The translations under genes and the position numbers were made by a program. From the IMG/VR virus record IMGVR_UViG_3300028024_000001, positions 1-38,309 of that record: 38,309 nucleotides of DNA; one strand, given 5' to 3'. Of this stretch, positions 18,954 to 25,792 are shown piece after piece (the stretch's first letter is position 1; every line of letters begins with the position of its first letter). The notes under the pieces are model-generated. The model was not told the DNA's origin, did not search any database, and worked only from the letters and a program-made list of their open reading frames with translations. This DNA comes from a virus.

Positions 18954-19834
18954 GATTGCTCCTTTGCGCGGGAGGCGAGTTCAACCAGTTCATCACGCAG
19001 ACCCGCAAGCCCGCTAATGTCTAGCCCGGCTGATGCCTGTCCGTTCCACAGCATCAACGTTTCGATAAGGTCTTTGGTGATCGTGGCAATCTGTGATGTT
19101 GGAGAATCCGTCACCGCCTCGTCTGCTTGCTCGCTGGCGCGCCGACGCTCTGGCATAGTGTGATCGCAGCCTTCGACGCCATTGCAGATCGGGCATGGCA
19201 AGTACGGATGTCGCGCGCCTACGGCATAAACCAATGGCGGCATCATCCCGGACGTGTATTCCCCTCCGTCCATCGCTTTCAGGCACTCCATCAGACGCAT
19301 TACACGGTCATCACGTGCGTTGATTGATCCGTGACACCCAAGAACTGCCGTGACCTGATTGATAGAGTCGTACAGGTCACGCCAGCGGCACATGGACTTG
19401 ATAGTTTCTTCCGTTTGCCATTGCGGAGCGTCTGCTTGCTCGGCGTCACCGCAGGGTTGCGCGGGAGCGGCGGGATGGAGTCCGCTGCAATTCATTGCGC
19501 AGCCGGTCCCTTCACAATCGAAGCACTTGTTATGCGCCAACACGATGCCCTCCACGGTCTCGCTTGAAATAGTCTCGCCAAACCAGATAATTTCTTCCCT
19601 TCCACAACGTATCGACCAGCCTTTATACGGGTTGGACCCAGCCCAATGCGCGATCCATTGCTTGACCTGCGGCACGGCTTGCTTGCTTGCAAGCAGGGCG
19701 CGGGCAGCGTCGTACACGTACGGCTTCAGGTCCGTCTGGCCTTCCTTGATAGTGAAACCGTGCGCCATGAAAATGTCGCGAATCTGGTCCTTGGTCATAG
19801 CCTCTCCGGCGATCTTGGTAGTGGTGGTATTCAT
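18950..19834 (-). CDS. Hypothetical Cys-rich protein (294 aa)
   Basis: ATGA coupling on both sides. Two CxxCxG motifs (CFDCEGTG and CPICNGVEG). No family recognised. Confidence 0.5.
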   Translation of the reverse strand: MNTTTTKIAGEAMTKDQIRDIFMAHGFTIKEGQTDLKPYVYDAARALLASKQAVPQVKQWIAHWAGSNPYKGWSIRCGREEIIWFGETISSETVEGIVLAHNKCFDCEGTGCAMNCSGLHPAAPAQPCGDAEQADAPQWQTEETIKSMCRWRDLYDSINQVTAVLGCHGSINARDDRVMRLMECLKAMDGGEYTSGMMPPLVYAVGARHPYLPCPICNGVEGCDHTMPERRRASEQADEAVTDSPTSQIATITKDLIETLMLWNGQASAGLDISGLAGLRDELVELASRAKEQS

Positions 19835-20283
19835 GTCGTCTCGTCAGCGTGCGTCGCCCACACTGCAAACGGGCCGTCTTCGTTGTCGCAGATGTCGATC
19901 AGCCACCAACCAGGCGGCGGTGACTGGTCCCATTCTGATATGTCGCCGTTACCGTTGTCGAAGTACGAGACGTATGCCGGGTGTTCCAACGGCTCGGTTT
20001 CGAGGTAGACGATTTGCGTCTGGATGCCAGCACGCCGCTCAAGATCGGCCCATTGCTCTTTCGTGCAATGTTCAGTGCCGTCCATCGTCACTTGCCAGAA
20101 GTGAATGAGATCGGGATGGCTCCAGTAGCCGTTTTCGTCGCGAGTGACCGGGATTTTCTGAAGGAGCTTCACTGCGTCTGTATCGGTAGTCATGTCGGGT
20201 TCCTTGGCTTTCCGGTTGCGCTCGCGTTCTTCGTCGGCGCGCGTGAGCTCAGGGTATTCGTCGTAATGTCCGGGGTTATCCAT
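19831..20283 (-). CDS. Hypothetical protein (150 aa)
   Basis: GAGGA RBS, and coupled to the downstream gene. Acidic, Trp-rich protein. Confidence 0.5.
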   Translation of the reverse strand: MDNPGHYDEYPELTRADEERERNRKAKEPDMTTDTDAVKLLQKIPVTRDENGYWSHPDLIHFWQVTMDGTEHCTKEQWADLERRAGIQTQIVYLETEPLEHPAYVSYFDNGNGDISEWDQSPPPGWWLIDICDNEDGPFAVWATHADETT

Positions 20284-20290
20284 GTCGTCC

Positions 20291-21358
20291 TCAATTACTG
20301 TTCGATTGCTTCGCGCGCTGCGCGGATGAACTCTGCTGCCGCTTCCGCGTTGATCGCGTTACCGTAGGCGCGCAGTCGTCCCACTCGGGAGGGAGCCCCA
20401 TCAGCCAGCGGGAATGAGCCGGGTCTAACTGGCCGCCACTTTTCGTCCCGGCAGAGCAGCCAGTCAGCATCTCGCCAGAAGCCGTTAGTCGGGCCGGCTG
20501 CGTCAGGTCGATCGAGAACGCCGCCGTGCCCAACTCGTTGTTCCATCCCTTCCGGGCCGCTTCGTTCTCTGCTCCGGAGAGCGTCCGAGCTCCGTTCTCG
20601 CCGTCCAGCGCTCGCGGCGTCGGCCAGCTCGACAGCATCACGTAGTCGTCCAGGTTCCGGCGCCGGCCGCCCGTCCTCTCCACCATCCCGCTGCGCCCAT
20701 ACATTCCGTCCCGCGACTGCGGTGTCGGCCAACTGGAAAGCGTCGCCGCCATGCCGAGCGTCATCCCGAATCCGTTGTTCCCGTGTCGAGCTGCGCACTC
20801 CGCCCGCCGCGCTTCCCACGTCGAGTCGTTGTCGTTCTGCGGCCCCGCATTCGGCGTCGGCCACGATGCCAGCCACGCCACCCGACCCAGCAGAGCGTTC
20901 AGCGGCACGTTCGCGCACTCGCTTCCGTCCTTGTGGTCGCGCGTAGTCGGCGTCGGCCACGAAGTACGTTCTGTCGCGGATGTGCGGAGCACCGATGCCC
21001 GCAGACGGGAAAGGTGTCGCCCCGCAGGCGTAACCCAAGGCTTCCAGGTCATCGAAAACAAGGTCGATCCAAGGGTCGACGTCCTTGCTTGCAACCTGCT
21101 CGCCAAAGAGGGTTGCAGGTGCGCGCTCCTGGACGAGCCAGTGCCACGCCGGCCAGAGGTGCCGCTCGTCAGCAAACCCAAGTCCTTTGCCTGCCGCGCT
21201 GAAAGGTTGGCACGGACAGGAACCGGTCCAAACAGGTCGGTCATCAGGCCAGCCGGCGATTCGAAGCGCGTAGGACCAGACACCGATTCCGGCGAAGAAA
21301 TGGCACTGGGTGAATCCGCGAAGGTCGTCTGGTCGAACATCCTCAATGCTCCGTTCAT
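20291..21358 (-). CDS. Same-strand +1-frame ORF fully embedded in the methyltransferase gene (355 aa); carries 4x SWPTP repeats and [10 protein letters not shown]
   Basis: The frame is open for 1068 nt. It has a periodic SWPTPxx(R/L)DxxxG module and a C-terminal [19 protein letters not shown], which is like the motif IX region of phage C5-MTases. By hand count its GC3 exceeds that of the annotated frame in the distal half. Confidence 0.4.
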   Translation of the reverse strand: MNGALRMFDQTTFADSPSAISSPESVSGPTRFESPAGLMTDLFGPVPVRANLSARQAKDLGLLTSGTSGRRGTGSSRSAHLQPSLASRLQARTSTLGSTLFSMTWKPWVTPAGRHLSRLRASVLRTSATERTSWPTPTTRDHKDGSECANVPLNALLGRVAWLASWPTPNAGPQNDNDSTWEARRAECAARHGNNGFGMTLGMAATLSSWPTPQSRDGMYGRSGMVERTGGRRRNLDDYVMLSSWPTPRALDGENGARTLSGAENEAARKGWNNELGTAAFSIDLTQPARLTASGEMLTGCSAGTKSGGQLDPAHSRWLMGLPPEWDDCAPTVTRSTRKRQQSSSAQRAKQSNSN

Positions 21359-21449
21359 CAACTTCGCCGGCGGCGATATGCCCCTTGGCGATCAGGTTGC
21401 GCAGCCACTGCGCGGCGTATGGGTCGATCTCGTTGTAGTACGCGGCCAT
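20295..21449 (-). CDS. DNA (cytosine-5) methyltransferase (384 aa from [10 protein letters not shown])
   Basis: Motif I-like FFAGIGVW, motif [11 protein letters not shown], motif VI FGEQV, motif [17 protein letters not shown], and C-terminal motif X-like [14 protein letters not shown]. The middle about 150 aa is Arg/Gly/Ala/Asp-rich low complexity. Confidence 0.75.
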   Translation of the reverse strand: MAAYYNEIDPYAAQWLRNLIAKGHIAAGEVDERSIEDVRPDDLRGFTQCHFFAGIGVWSYALRIAGWPDDRPVWTGSCPCQPFSAAGKGLGFADERHLWPAWHWLVQERAPATLFGEQVASKDVDPWIDLVFDDLEALGYACGATPFPSAGIGAPHIRDRTYFVADADYARPQGRKRVRERAAERSAGSGGVAGIVADAECGAAERQRLDVGSAAGGVRSSTREQRIRDDARHGGDAFQLADTAVAGRNVWAQRDGGEDGRPAPEPGRLRDAVELADAASAGRRERSSDALRSRERSGPEGMEQRVGHGGVLDRPDAAGPTNGFWRDADWLLCRDEKWRPVRPGSFPLADGAPSRVGRLRAYGNAINAEAAAEFIRAAREAIEQ

Positions 21450-21552
21450 CGGTTCCTCGCCGGCATAGCCGAACAGATGTAAAAAGCGGGAGTCGTGCGG
21501 ACCTCCCTTCAAAACGCCACGCGGAGATCACCGCGCGTTCGGGGGTTACCTG

Positions 21553-21720
21553 TTACCGCCGCTGTTCGGCGTCGCGGTTGTCCCGCTGCTGCAGCGGTCG
21601 ATGAAAGTCATGGGTTCCGGTATCAGTCGGCCAGACGAACAGATGTGCCCATGCGAACGCAACGCCAAGAGCAACGGCGCCAAGCACGCAGAGGATAAAA
21701 AGGACGAGCGGATCATCCAT
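21553..21720 (-). CDS. Small membrane protein (55 aa)
   Basis: MDDPLVLFILCVLGAVALGVAFAWAHLFVW is a single TM segment. The ATG overlaps the stop of the upstream micro-ORF (ATGGATGA). Confidence 0.45.
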   Translation of the reverse strand: MDDPLVLFILCVLGAVALGVAFAWAHLFVWPTDTGTHDFHRPLQQRDNRDAEQRR

Positions 21721-21859
21721 GGCGATTAGCCCGGCGGCGCGCCTGACGCATCGCCTGGCGGCGCGCGGCGCGAATCTGTGCGCGGACAAGCCGATAGGCA
21801 TCCCAGCGCGACAGCGAGCCATTTGCGGCGTCTTCAATGATTTGCCAGAGGGTGCGCAC
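21713..21859 (-). CDS. Small basic protein (48 aa, GTG start)
   Basis: I translated it by hand as MRTLWQIIEDAANGSLSRWDAYRLVRAQIRAARRQAMRQARRRANRHG. It fills the gap between two coupled micro-ORFs and is below the ORF-track size cutoff. Confidence 0.35.
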   Translation of the reverse strand: MRTLWQIIEDAANGSLSRWDAYRLVRAQIRAARRQAMRQARRRANRHG

Positions 21860-21861
21860 GT

Positions 21862-21993
21862 TCAGGCACCCCGCACCATAGAGATGCGGATGCGCTGGGT
21901 ATCGGCGTCATCCCATTTCTGGGCCAACCCCATAACCAACACGATCGCGATGAAGGCGGCGAGCATGCGCACGAAGAGCTTGAAATCACGCAT
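21862..21993 (-). CDS. Small membrane protein (43 aa)
   Basis: MRDFKLFVRMLAAFIAIVLVMGLAQKW has one TM segment. Its start overlaps the end of the upstream 72-aa gene. Confidence 0.4.
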   Translation of the reverse strand: MRDFKLFVRMLAAFIAIVLVMGLAQKWDDADTQRIRISMVRGA

Positions 21994-22204
21994 TCCCGGC
22001 CTTGTCGTCTTTGGGTTGGTACAGGTGCGACATTCCAGCACCTTCCGCCAGCGCCTTCGCAATCTCTGGGTCGGAGACCTCTAGCCGGCCGCACAGATTC
22101 GCAATAAAGGCCTTGCATCGATAGTCATCGTTATATAAGCGTGCCCGCGCCCCAGCCGCTGTGATCTGCTCCAACAGAGCGCGCTTGCTGAATCCTGGTT
22201 TCAT
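21986..22204 (-). CDS. Hypothetical protein (72 aa)
   Basis: MKPGFSKRALLEQITAAGARARLYNDDYRCKAF... ATGA overlap with the upstream micro-ORF. Confidence 0.45.
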   Translation of the reverse strand: MKPGFSKRALLEQITAAGARARLYNDDYRCKAFIANLCGRLEVSDPEIAKALAEGAGMSHLYQPKDDKAGNA

Positions 22205-22344
22205 CGCAGCACCCCGGCCCGGTAAGCAACGCAAAGAAACCATACGCAGCCGATGGCGACCATCACCACGACTGCATAGGTGCCAGCCTTGCGCTGCATC
22301 TGGCAAGCCGCGAGCAGATCGTTATCGTGAGCGGAGCGGTTCAT
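22201..22344 (-). CDS. Small membrane protein (47 aa)
   Basis: Hand translation MNRSAHDNDLLAACQMQRKAGTYAVVVMVAIGCVWFLCVAYRAGVLR, with one TM segment. Starts 1 nt after the upstream stop. Confidence 0.4.
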   Translation of the reverse strand: MNRSAHDNDLLAACQMQRKAGTYAVVVMVAIGCVWFLCVAYRAGVLR

Positions 22345-22345
22345 G

Positions 22346-22486
22346 TCAACACCACACGATCTGGTCATAGCCAACCGAGCGCACGAAGCGCGAATTCACG
22401 TACTGATCGAAGTGCGCTACGAAGCGCAGCATGTAGTTCGATTGGCGCGGCCGATAGGCCCTGACACCGTAGTCGCTGTAGAACAT
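22346..22486 (-). CDS. Small protein (46 aa), first ORF of the leftward early operon
   Basis: Hand translation MFYSDYGVRAYRPRQSNYMLRFVAHFDQYVNSRFVRSVGYDQIVWC, with a GGGGTG RBS-like element upstream. Confidence 0.35.
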   Translation of the reverse strand: MFYSDYGVRAYRPRQSNYMLRFVAHFDQYVNSRFVRSVGYDQIVWC

Positions 22487-22587
22487 GGTCACCCCGATGT
22501 GGGCTGAGAGGTTTGTAAAACGGAAGCAATGCTGAGCAAGTGGACTGTGAAAATCCGCCTTAATCAGAACTCTTCGCGGTTGATATA

Positions 22588-22632
22588 AGCTTAGGCATGA
22601 CTAATGTTCATGTCAAGCGGAACTTAGGTGTG
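22588..22632 (-). promoter_or_regulatory. Putative leftward early promoter (PL-like) with overlapping operator
   Basis: On the minus strand: TTGACA (22611-22616), a 17-nt spacer, then TAAGCT (22588-22593). The 14-bp near-palindrome TTAGGCATGACTAA (22591-22604) overlaps the -10 and spacer. An extra half-site CTTAGGTGTG lies at 22623-22632. Confidence 0.55.
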
Positions 22633-22648
22633 GGCAACTGTTTGGTCG

Positions 22649-22673
22649 AAAAAAACCCGCCACGAGGCGGGGG
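22649..22673 (-). terminator. Rho-independent terminator downstream of the repressor gene
   Basis: The minus strand reads CCCGCC-TCGT-GGCGGG followed by TTTTTTT. Confidence 0.8.
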
Positions 22674-22830
22674 TAAGGGTTAGTGACGGGGGCGCTTTAT
22701 CGCTTGGACGATGAGGAGGACATACCTTGCAATTTCTGTGATTGTCTCCTCCGCATCGATCTGCTGGCTTGGCGCAGTTGGTCTCTCGGATTCTTTGCTT
22801 TTTCGGTAAGCGGCCAGGTCCGTGACCGCC

Positions 22831-23304
22831 TTATGGTTTGTGCTTCCTATTTGCACGTTCTTTCCCCTCGGACTTTTCGATGTGGGATGTCAAGTCTTCC
22901 TCGGCTGCCGCCAAGTCCCCATCCCGGAGGGAATTCTGCGCCTGCGTAAGAGCGCCCGCAACCTGCAGCGCAGCGCTGATATGAGCGAATAGTTTTGGGG
23001 CCGGAGCGCCAAGCCCGTCTACGCGTTCGACCCACGAAATCAGCTTTAATGCTTCGTGACTTAGCGACCCTTTCGGGTCTGTAATCGGCGCTTTGGACTT
23101 GTCCATGCCGAACACGAGCCAGTACGGATCCACCCGTAAAACCTTGCATATCGTGAGCATATTTGCCGCATCGAGGTTCTTTATGTTGCCATTCTCCCAA
23201 TCCGTGACAGTTGGGGCAGAAACTTCGCACGCGCGCGCAAGCTCGGCTTTCGACATGTGTCGCGCCGTCCGCGCCTCTGTGATTCGCCGATTCCAGTTTG
23301 CCAT
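22831..23304 (-). CDS. cI-like repressor, XRE-family HTH, no S24 peptidase domain (157 aa)
   Basis: HTH MSKAELARACEVSAPTVTDWENGNIKNLDAANMLTICKVLRV. Divergent from the cro-like gene. The C-terminal half has no Ser-Lys LexA-like motifs. Confidence 0.8.
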   Translation of the reverse strand: MANWNRRITEARTARHMSKAELARACEVSAPTVTDWENGNIKNLDAANMLTICKVLRVDPYWLVFGMDKSKAPITDPKGSLSHEALKLISWVERVDGLGAPAPKLFAHISAALQVAGALTQAQNSLRDGDLAAAEEDLTSHIEKSEGKERANRKHKP

Positions 23305-23377
23305 TAGCTAAGACTAACAAAAAAAGTGTTGTGTATGCCTTGCGTTTGCTGTTAGGCATGCCTTAGACTTAGGCATG
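23304..23377. promoter_or_regulatory. Divergent immunity-region promoter/operator cluster (OR-like)
   Basis: Operator TTAGGCATGCCTTA (23352-23365, core AGGCATGCCT is a perfect palindrome). Half-site CTTAGGCATG (23368-23377) includes the cro ATG. A degenerate copy TTAGCTAAGACTAA (23304-23317) abuts the cI ATG. The same motif occurs at the PL-like site. Confidence 0.6.
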
Positions 23378-23644
23378 GACAAGAAACGCGACCCTTTCGC
23401 CTGCGCTGTGATCGCCGAACTTGGCGGTCCTGCTGCAACCGCACGCCTCTTCAACATCAAACCGCCGTCGGTAATCGGTTGGCGCAAGAAGGGCATTCCG
23501 CCTGCACGGCTGATGTATCTCGAGGTAGCCCGCCCGGATGTGCTTGCGGATGCGCGCAAGAAGCTTCGCAAGCAAGTAGAGCCCGATGCCATTGATACCT
23601 CCGATGATGTTCAGCCGCCAGTTGGCGACCGAACAAAAAAGTAG
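23375..23644 (+). CDS. Cro/YdaS-family HTH regulator (89 aa)
   Basis: AELGGPAATARLFNIKPPSVIGWRKKGIPPARL resembles the Cro/YdaS HTH. Divergent from the repressor gene. Confidence 0.7.
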   Translation: MDKKRDPFACAVIAELGGPAATARLFNIKPPSVIGWRKKGIPPARLMYLEVARPDVLADARKKLRKQVEPDAIDTSDDVQPPVGDRTKK

Positions 23645-23700
23645 TGATTTAGTTGCTCTCATTTTTCATTCCATCAATTTCTTAAAGAAAGGAGGTTCCC

Positions 23701-23925
23701 ATGTCACGCCGCTCGGAATATCGAAACGAGGTCAAGACGCGTCTCCCAGACCGCACGTACGACGCGATGCTGAAGTTCAAAACCCTGCACGGCATCGACA
23801 GCGACTCTGCTGCGCTTGCCCGCATTGCGGAGTTGTTGCTGCTTGGCGTTGTAGGTAATTTGCCTTCGAACCTGCTTGGGCGCAGTGACGAGGTGGCCCA
23901 ATCTGGGACAAGGATGGCCGCGTGA
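23701..23925 (+). CDS. Hypothetical protein (74 aa)
   Basis: Strong RBS AAGGAGG. First gene after an AT-rich gap downstream of cro. Confidence 0.5.
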   Translation: MSRRSEYRNEVKTRLPDRTYDAMLKFKTLHGIDSDSAALARIAELLLLGVVGNLPSNLLGRSDEVAQSGTRMAA

Positions 23926-24140
23926 ATCAGTGCAAGACCAGCTTCGAGATTCAGCTTCCGGGACCGGAGGCGGCTGATCTGGCATTGCAGGCAGCAAAAG
24001 AAGGCGTCTCGACTATCCAGCTCATTGAGTACCACGTGATCAGAAGCGCTTTCGGAGTTCTTCACCCGACCGTAGTTGCGCACGAGACGCGGCCCAATCA
24101 GGGTCAGGTTGGGAAAAGGTCGGACGGTGGGGATTGTTGA
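23922..24140 (+). CDS. Hypothetical protein (72 aa, GTG start)
   Basis: GTGA overlap with the upstream stop. No family recognised. Confidence 0.4.
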   Translation: MNQCKTSFEIQLPGPEAADLALQAAKEGVSTIQLIEYHVIRSAFGVLHPTVVAHETRPNQGQVGKRSDGGDC

Positions 24141-24376
24141 TGATCGAGCAAATAGCTATCGGTCTGTGCGGCGTTGCGGCCGTGTTTCTGTCGCAAGACA
24201 GCCGGGCGGCGCGCAGTCGTTACGCGTGCGTCTTCGGGCTGATCGCTCAGCCGTTCTGGTTCATCGCAACGTGGAAGGCCCAGCAGTACGGGATTTTCGC
24301 GCTTTGCATCCTCTACACCGCGGCATGGCTGCGCGGCTTCGTGACTCACTGGGTGAGACCTTTCTATGGACGCTGA
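24140..24376 (+). CDS. Small membrane protein (78 aa, about 3 TM)
   Basis: ATGA overlap. Hydrophobic segments IAIGLCGVAAVFL, VFGLIAQPFWFIA and IFALCILYTAAWL. Confidence 0.5.
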   Translation: MIEQIAIGLCGVAAVFLSQDSRAARSRYACVFGLIAQPFWFIATWKAQQYGIFALCILYTAAWLRGFVTHWVRPFYGR

Positions 24377-24458
24377 CATTCTCCTGTTCGGCATGCTCGC
24401 GACGATCGCGCTGTCGTTCGGCCTTCCGGTCCTGCTTTCCATGCGAGGAATGCGATGA
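24366..24458 (+). CDS. Possible micro-ORF, single-TM peptide (30 aa)
   Basis: Hand translation MDADILLFGMLATIALSFGLPVLLSMRGMR. Bridges two genes, with an ATGA overlap to the next start. Confidence 0.25.
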   Translation: MDADILLFGMLATIALSFGLPVLLSMRGMR

Positions 24459-24724
24459 GCCTGATACACGAAGTGGTCGCCTGGGACTTCGACATGCCGG
24501 GCCTGAAGAAGATCGTGCTGTTACACCTGTGCCGCAGCGTGCACCGATCGACGCAGGAGGCGCGGCTGCCGATTCACAAGGTCACGTCTGCGTGTGGCAT
24601 CAGTGAGTCGGCGGCGCGCAAGTTCATTGCCGAACTCGAACGCGAGGGCTATATCGCCTTCATTCCGGCGCCGGGCCGCGGCGTGCACTACCGACTGACG
24701 ATCGATTCGAAGGTGCCTGCATGA
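24455..24724 (+). CDS. Winged-HTH protein (89 aa), paralogous to the N-terminus of the replication protein
   Basis: KKIVLLHLCRSV...ACGISESAARKFIAELEREGYI parallels AKFVLTILANCA...ATDQDRKTVIAAIAKLIEIGLV in the next large gene. Confidence 0.55.
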   Translation: MSLIHEVVAWDFDMPGLKKIVLLHLCRSVHRSTQEARLPIHKVTSACGISESAARKFIAELEREGYIAFIPAPGRGVHYRLTIDSKVPA

Positions 24725-24843
24725 TCATCGAGGCCAAAGTTCTGCCGCCGCCGGAAGAGGGCTACGACTACCGGCAGGGTCTGTATCTCCGCTTTGGCGA
24801 TGTGGACTTGGACGTCGCCGCCAATGGCGAGGTGTCTGCGTGA
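24721..24843 (+). CDS. Possible small ORF (40 aa)
   Basis: ATGA overlap upstream and GTGA overlap downstream. Hand translation MIIEAKVLPPPEEGYDYRQGLYLRFGDVDLDVAANGEVSA. Confidence 0.3.
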   Translation: MIIEAKVLPPPEEGYDYRQGLYLRFGDVDLDVAANGEVSA

Positions 24844-25790
24844 GCGTCGAGGCGATTACATGGGCATTGGGGCAGCACGTGGGCCGCTCGACGGCCAAGT
24901 TCGTCCTGACGATCCTCGCCAACTGCGCGGACGGCAAGGAATTCCTCTGCTTCCCGTCCGTTGCCTACATCGCCGAAGCAACCGATCAGGACCGCAAGAC
25001 GGTGATTGCGGCGATTGCAAAGCTTATCGAAATCGGGCTTGTCGAAGATACCGGAGAAAGAAGAGGGACAACGGCGCAGGTCATTGTGTACCGGCTTCTT
25101 GTTGGTAAAAACGGAACTGTTAAAGAGTCCCAAAAACGGAACAGTTCCAAAAACGGAACAGTTCCAAAAACGGCGGGTAACAGTCCCAAAAACGGCGTTA
25201 AACAGTACCGAAAACGGATGGAAACAGTACCGAAAACGGGACACGGAACCGTCATTAAACGTAATGAAACATCAGGAACCGTCAGTCCTGCTTCGCCAAC
25301 GGCTTCGCCGCCGGCTGCGCGCGGTACCCGCTTGCCAAAGGACTGGGTTCTGACAAAGCCTCTTGGCGTATGGGCAGCAGGCGAGCAGCCCACATGGACG
25401 CCCGAGCATATTCGCAAGGTTGCCGCCTCGTTCAAGGATTACTGGATCGCGAAGGCTGGCAAGGATGGACTGAAGACCGACTGGGAAGCAACGTGGCGCA
25501 ACTGGGTACGCAACGAGAAGGCGCTGGGCGGCGCGCAGGCCTCCGCTGGTGCGCCGGTATCGGGAAGCTGGTGGGAGGGCGACGCAGGCATCAATGCGAA
25601 GGGCGCAGAGCTAAGTATTCCCCGCCACAAGGATGAGCCAACGCCGCATTACCTGCTGCGTATCGCGAAGGCTGCCGGGCGCGGTCCCTGGATCGACCAC
25701 ATTCTGCGGCACGCACGCACCAGCGGAGAGCGCTGGTTTAACCAGGTTGTCGCCACGCTTGGCGACGCACTGCTGCCGACGGACTTCTGA
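24840..25790 (+). CDS. Replication initiation protein: N-terminal HTH plus C-terminal DnaT-like domain (316 aa, GTG start)
   Basis: HTH_36-like N-terminus. Central iteron-encoded linker. C-terminal LPKDWVLTKPLGVWAAGE...FKDYWIAKAGKDGLKTDWEATWRNWVRN resembles DnaT-type replication domains. Confidence 0.7.
   Translation: MSVEAITWALGQHVGRSTAKFVLTILANCADGKEFLCFPSVAYIAEATDQDRKTVIAAIAKLIEIGLVEDTGERRGTTAQVIVYRLLVGKNGTVKESQKRNSSKNGTVPKTAGNSPKNGVKQYRKRMETVPKTGHGTVIKRNETSGTVSPASPTASPPAARGTRLPKDWVLTKPLGVWAAGEQPTWTPEHIRKVAASFKDYWIAKAGKDGLKTDWEATWRNWVRNEKALGGAQASAGAPVSGSWWEGDAGINAKGAELSIPRHKDEPTPHYLLRIAKAAGRGPWIDHILRHARTSGERWFNQVVATLGDALLPTDF
25107..25252. repeat. Iteron array (about 7 copies), putative origin of replication inside the replication gene
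   Basis: Units CC(C)AAAAACGGAACAGTT x2 are exact. Variants are CCAAAAACGGCGGGTAACAGT, CCCAAAAACGGCGTTAAACAGT, ACCGAAAACGGATGGAAACAGT and ACCGAAAACGGGACACGGAACCGT. An AT-rich stretch follows. Confidence 0.8.
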
Positions 25791-25792
25791 CC

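Noticed and set aside
22683-22949. 88-aa plus-strand ORF spanning the terminator and the 3' end of the repressor gene.
   Set aside because: It starts within the terminator region, overlaps the cI-like gene antisense, and has no RBS.
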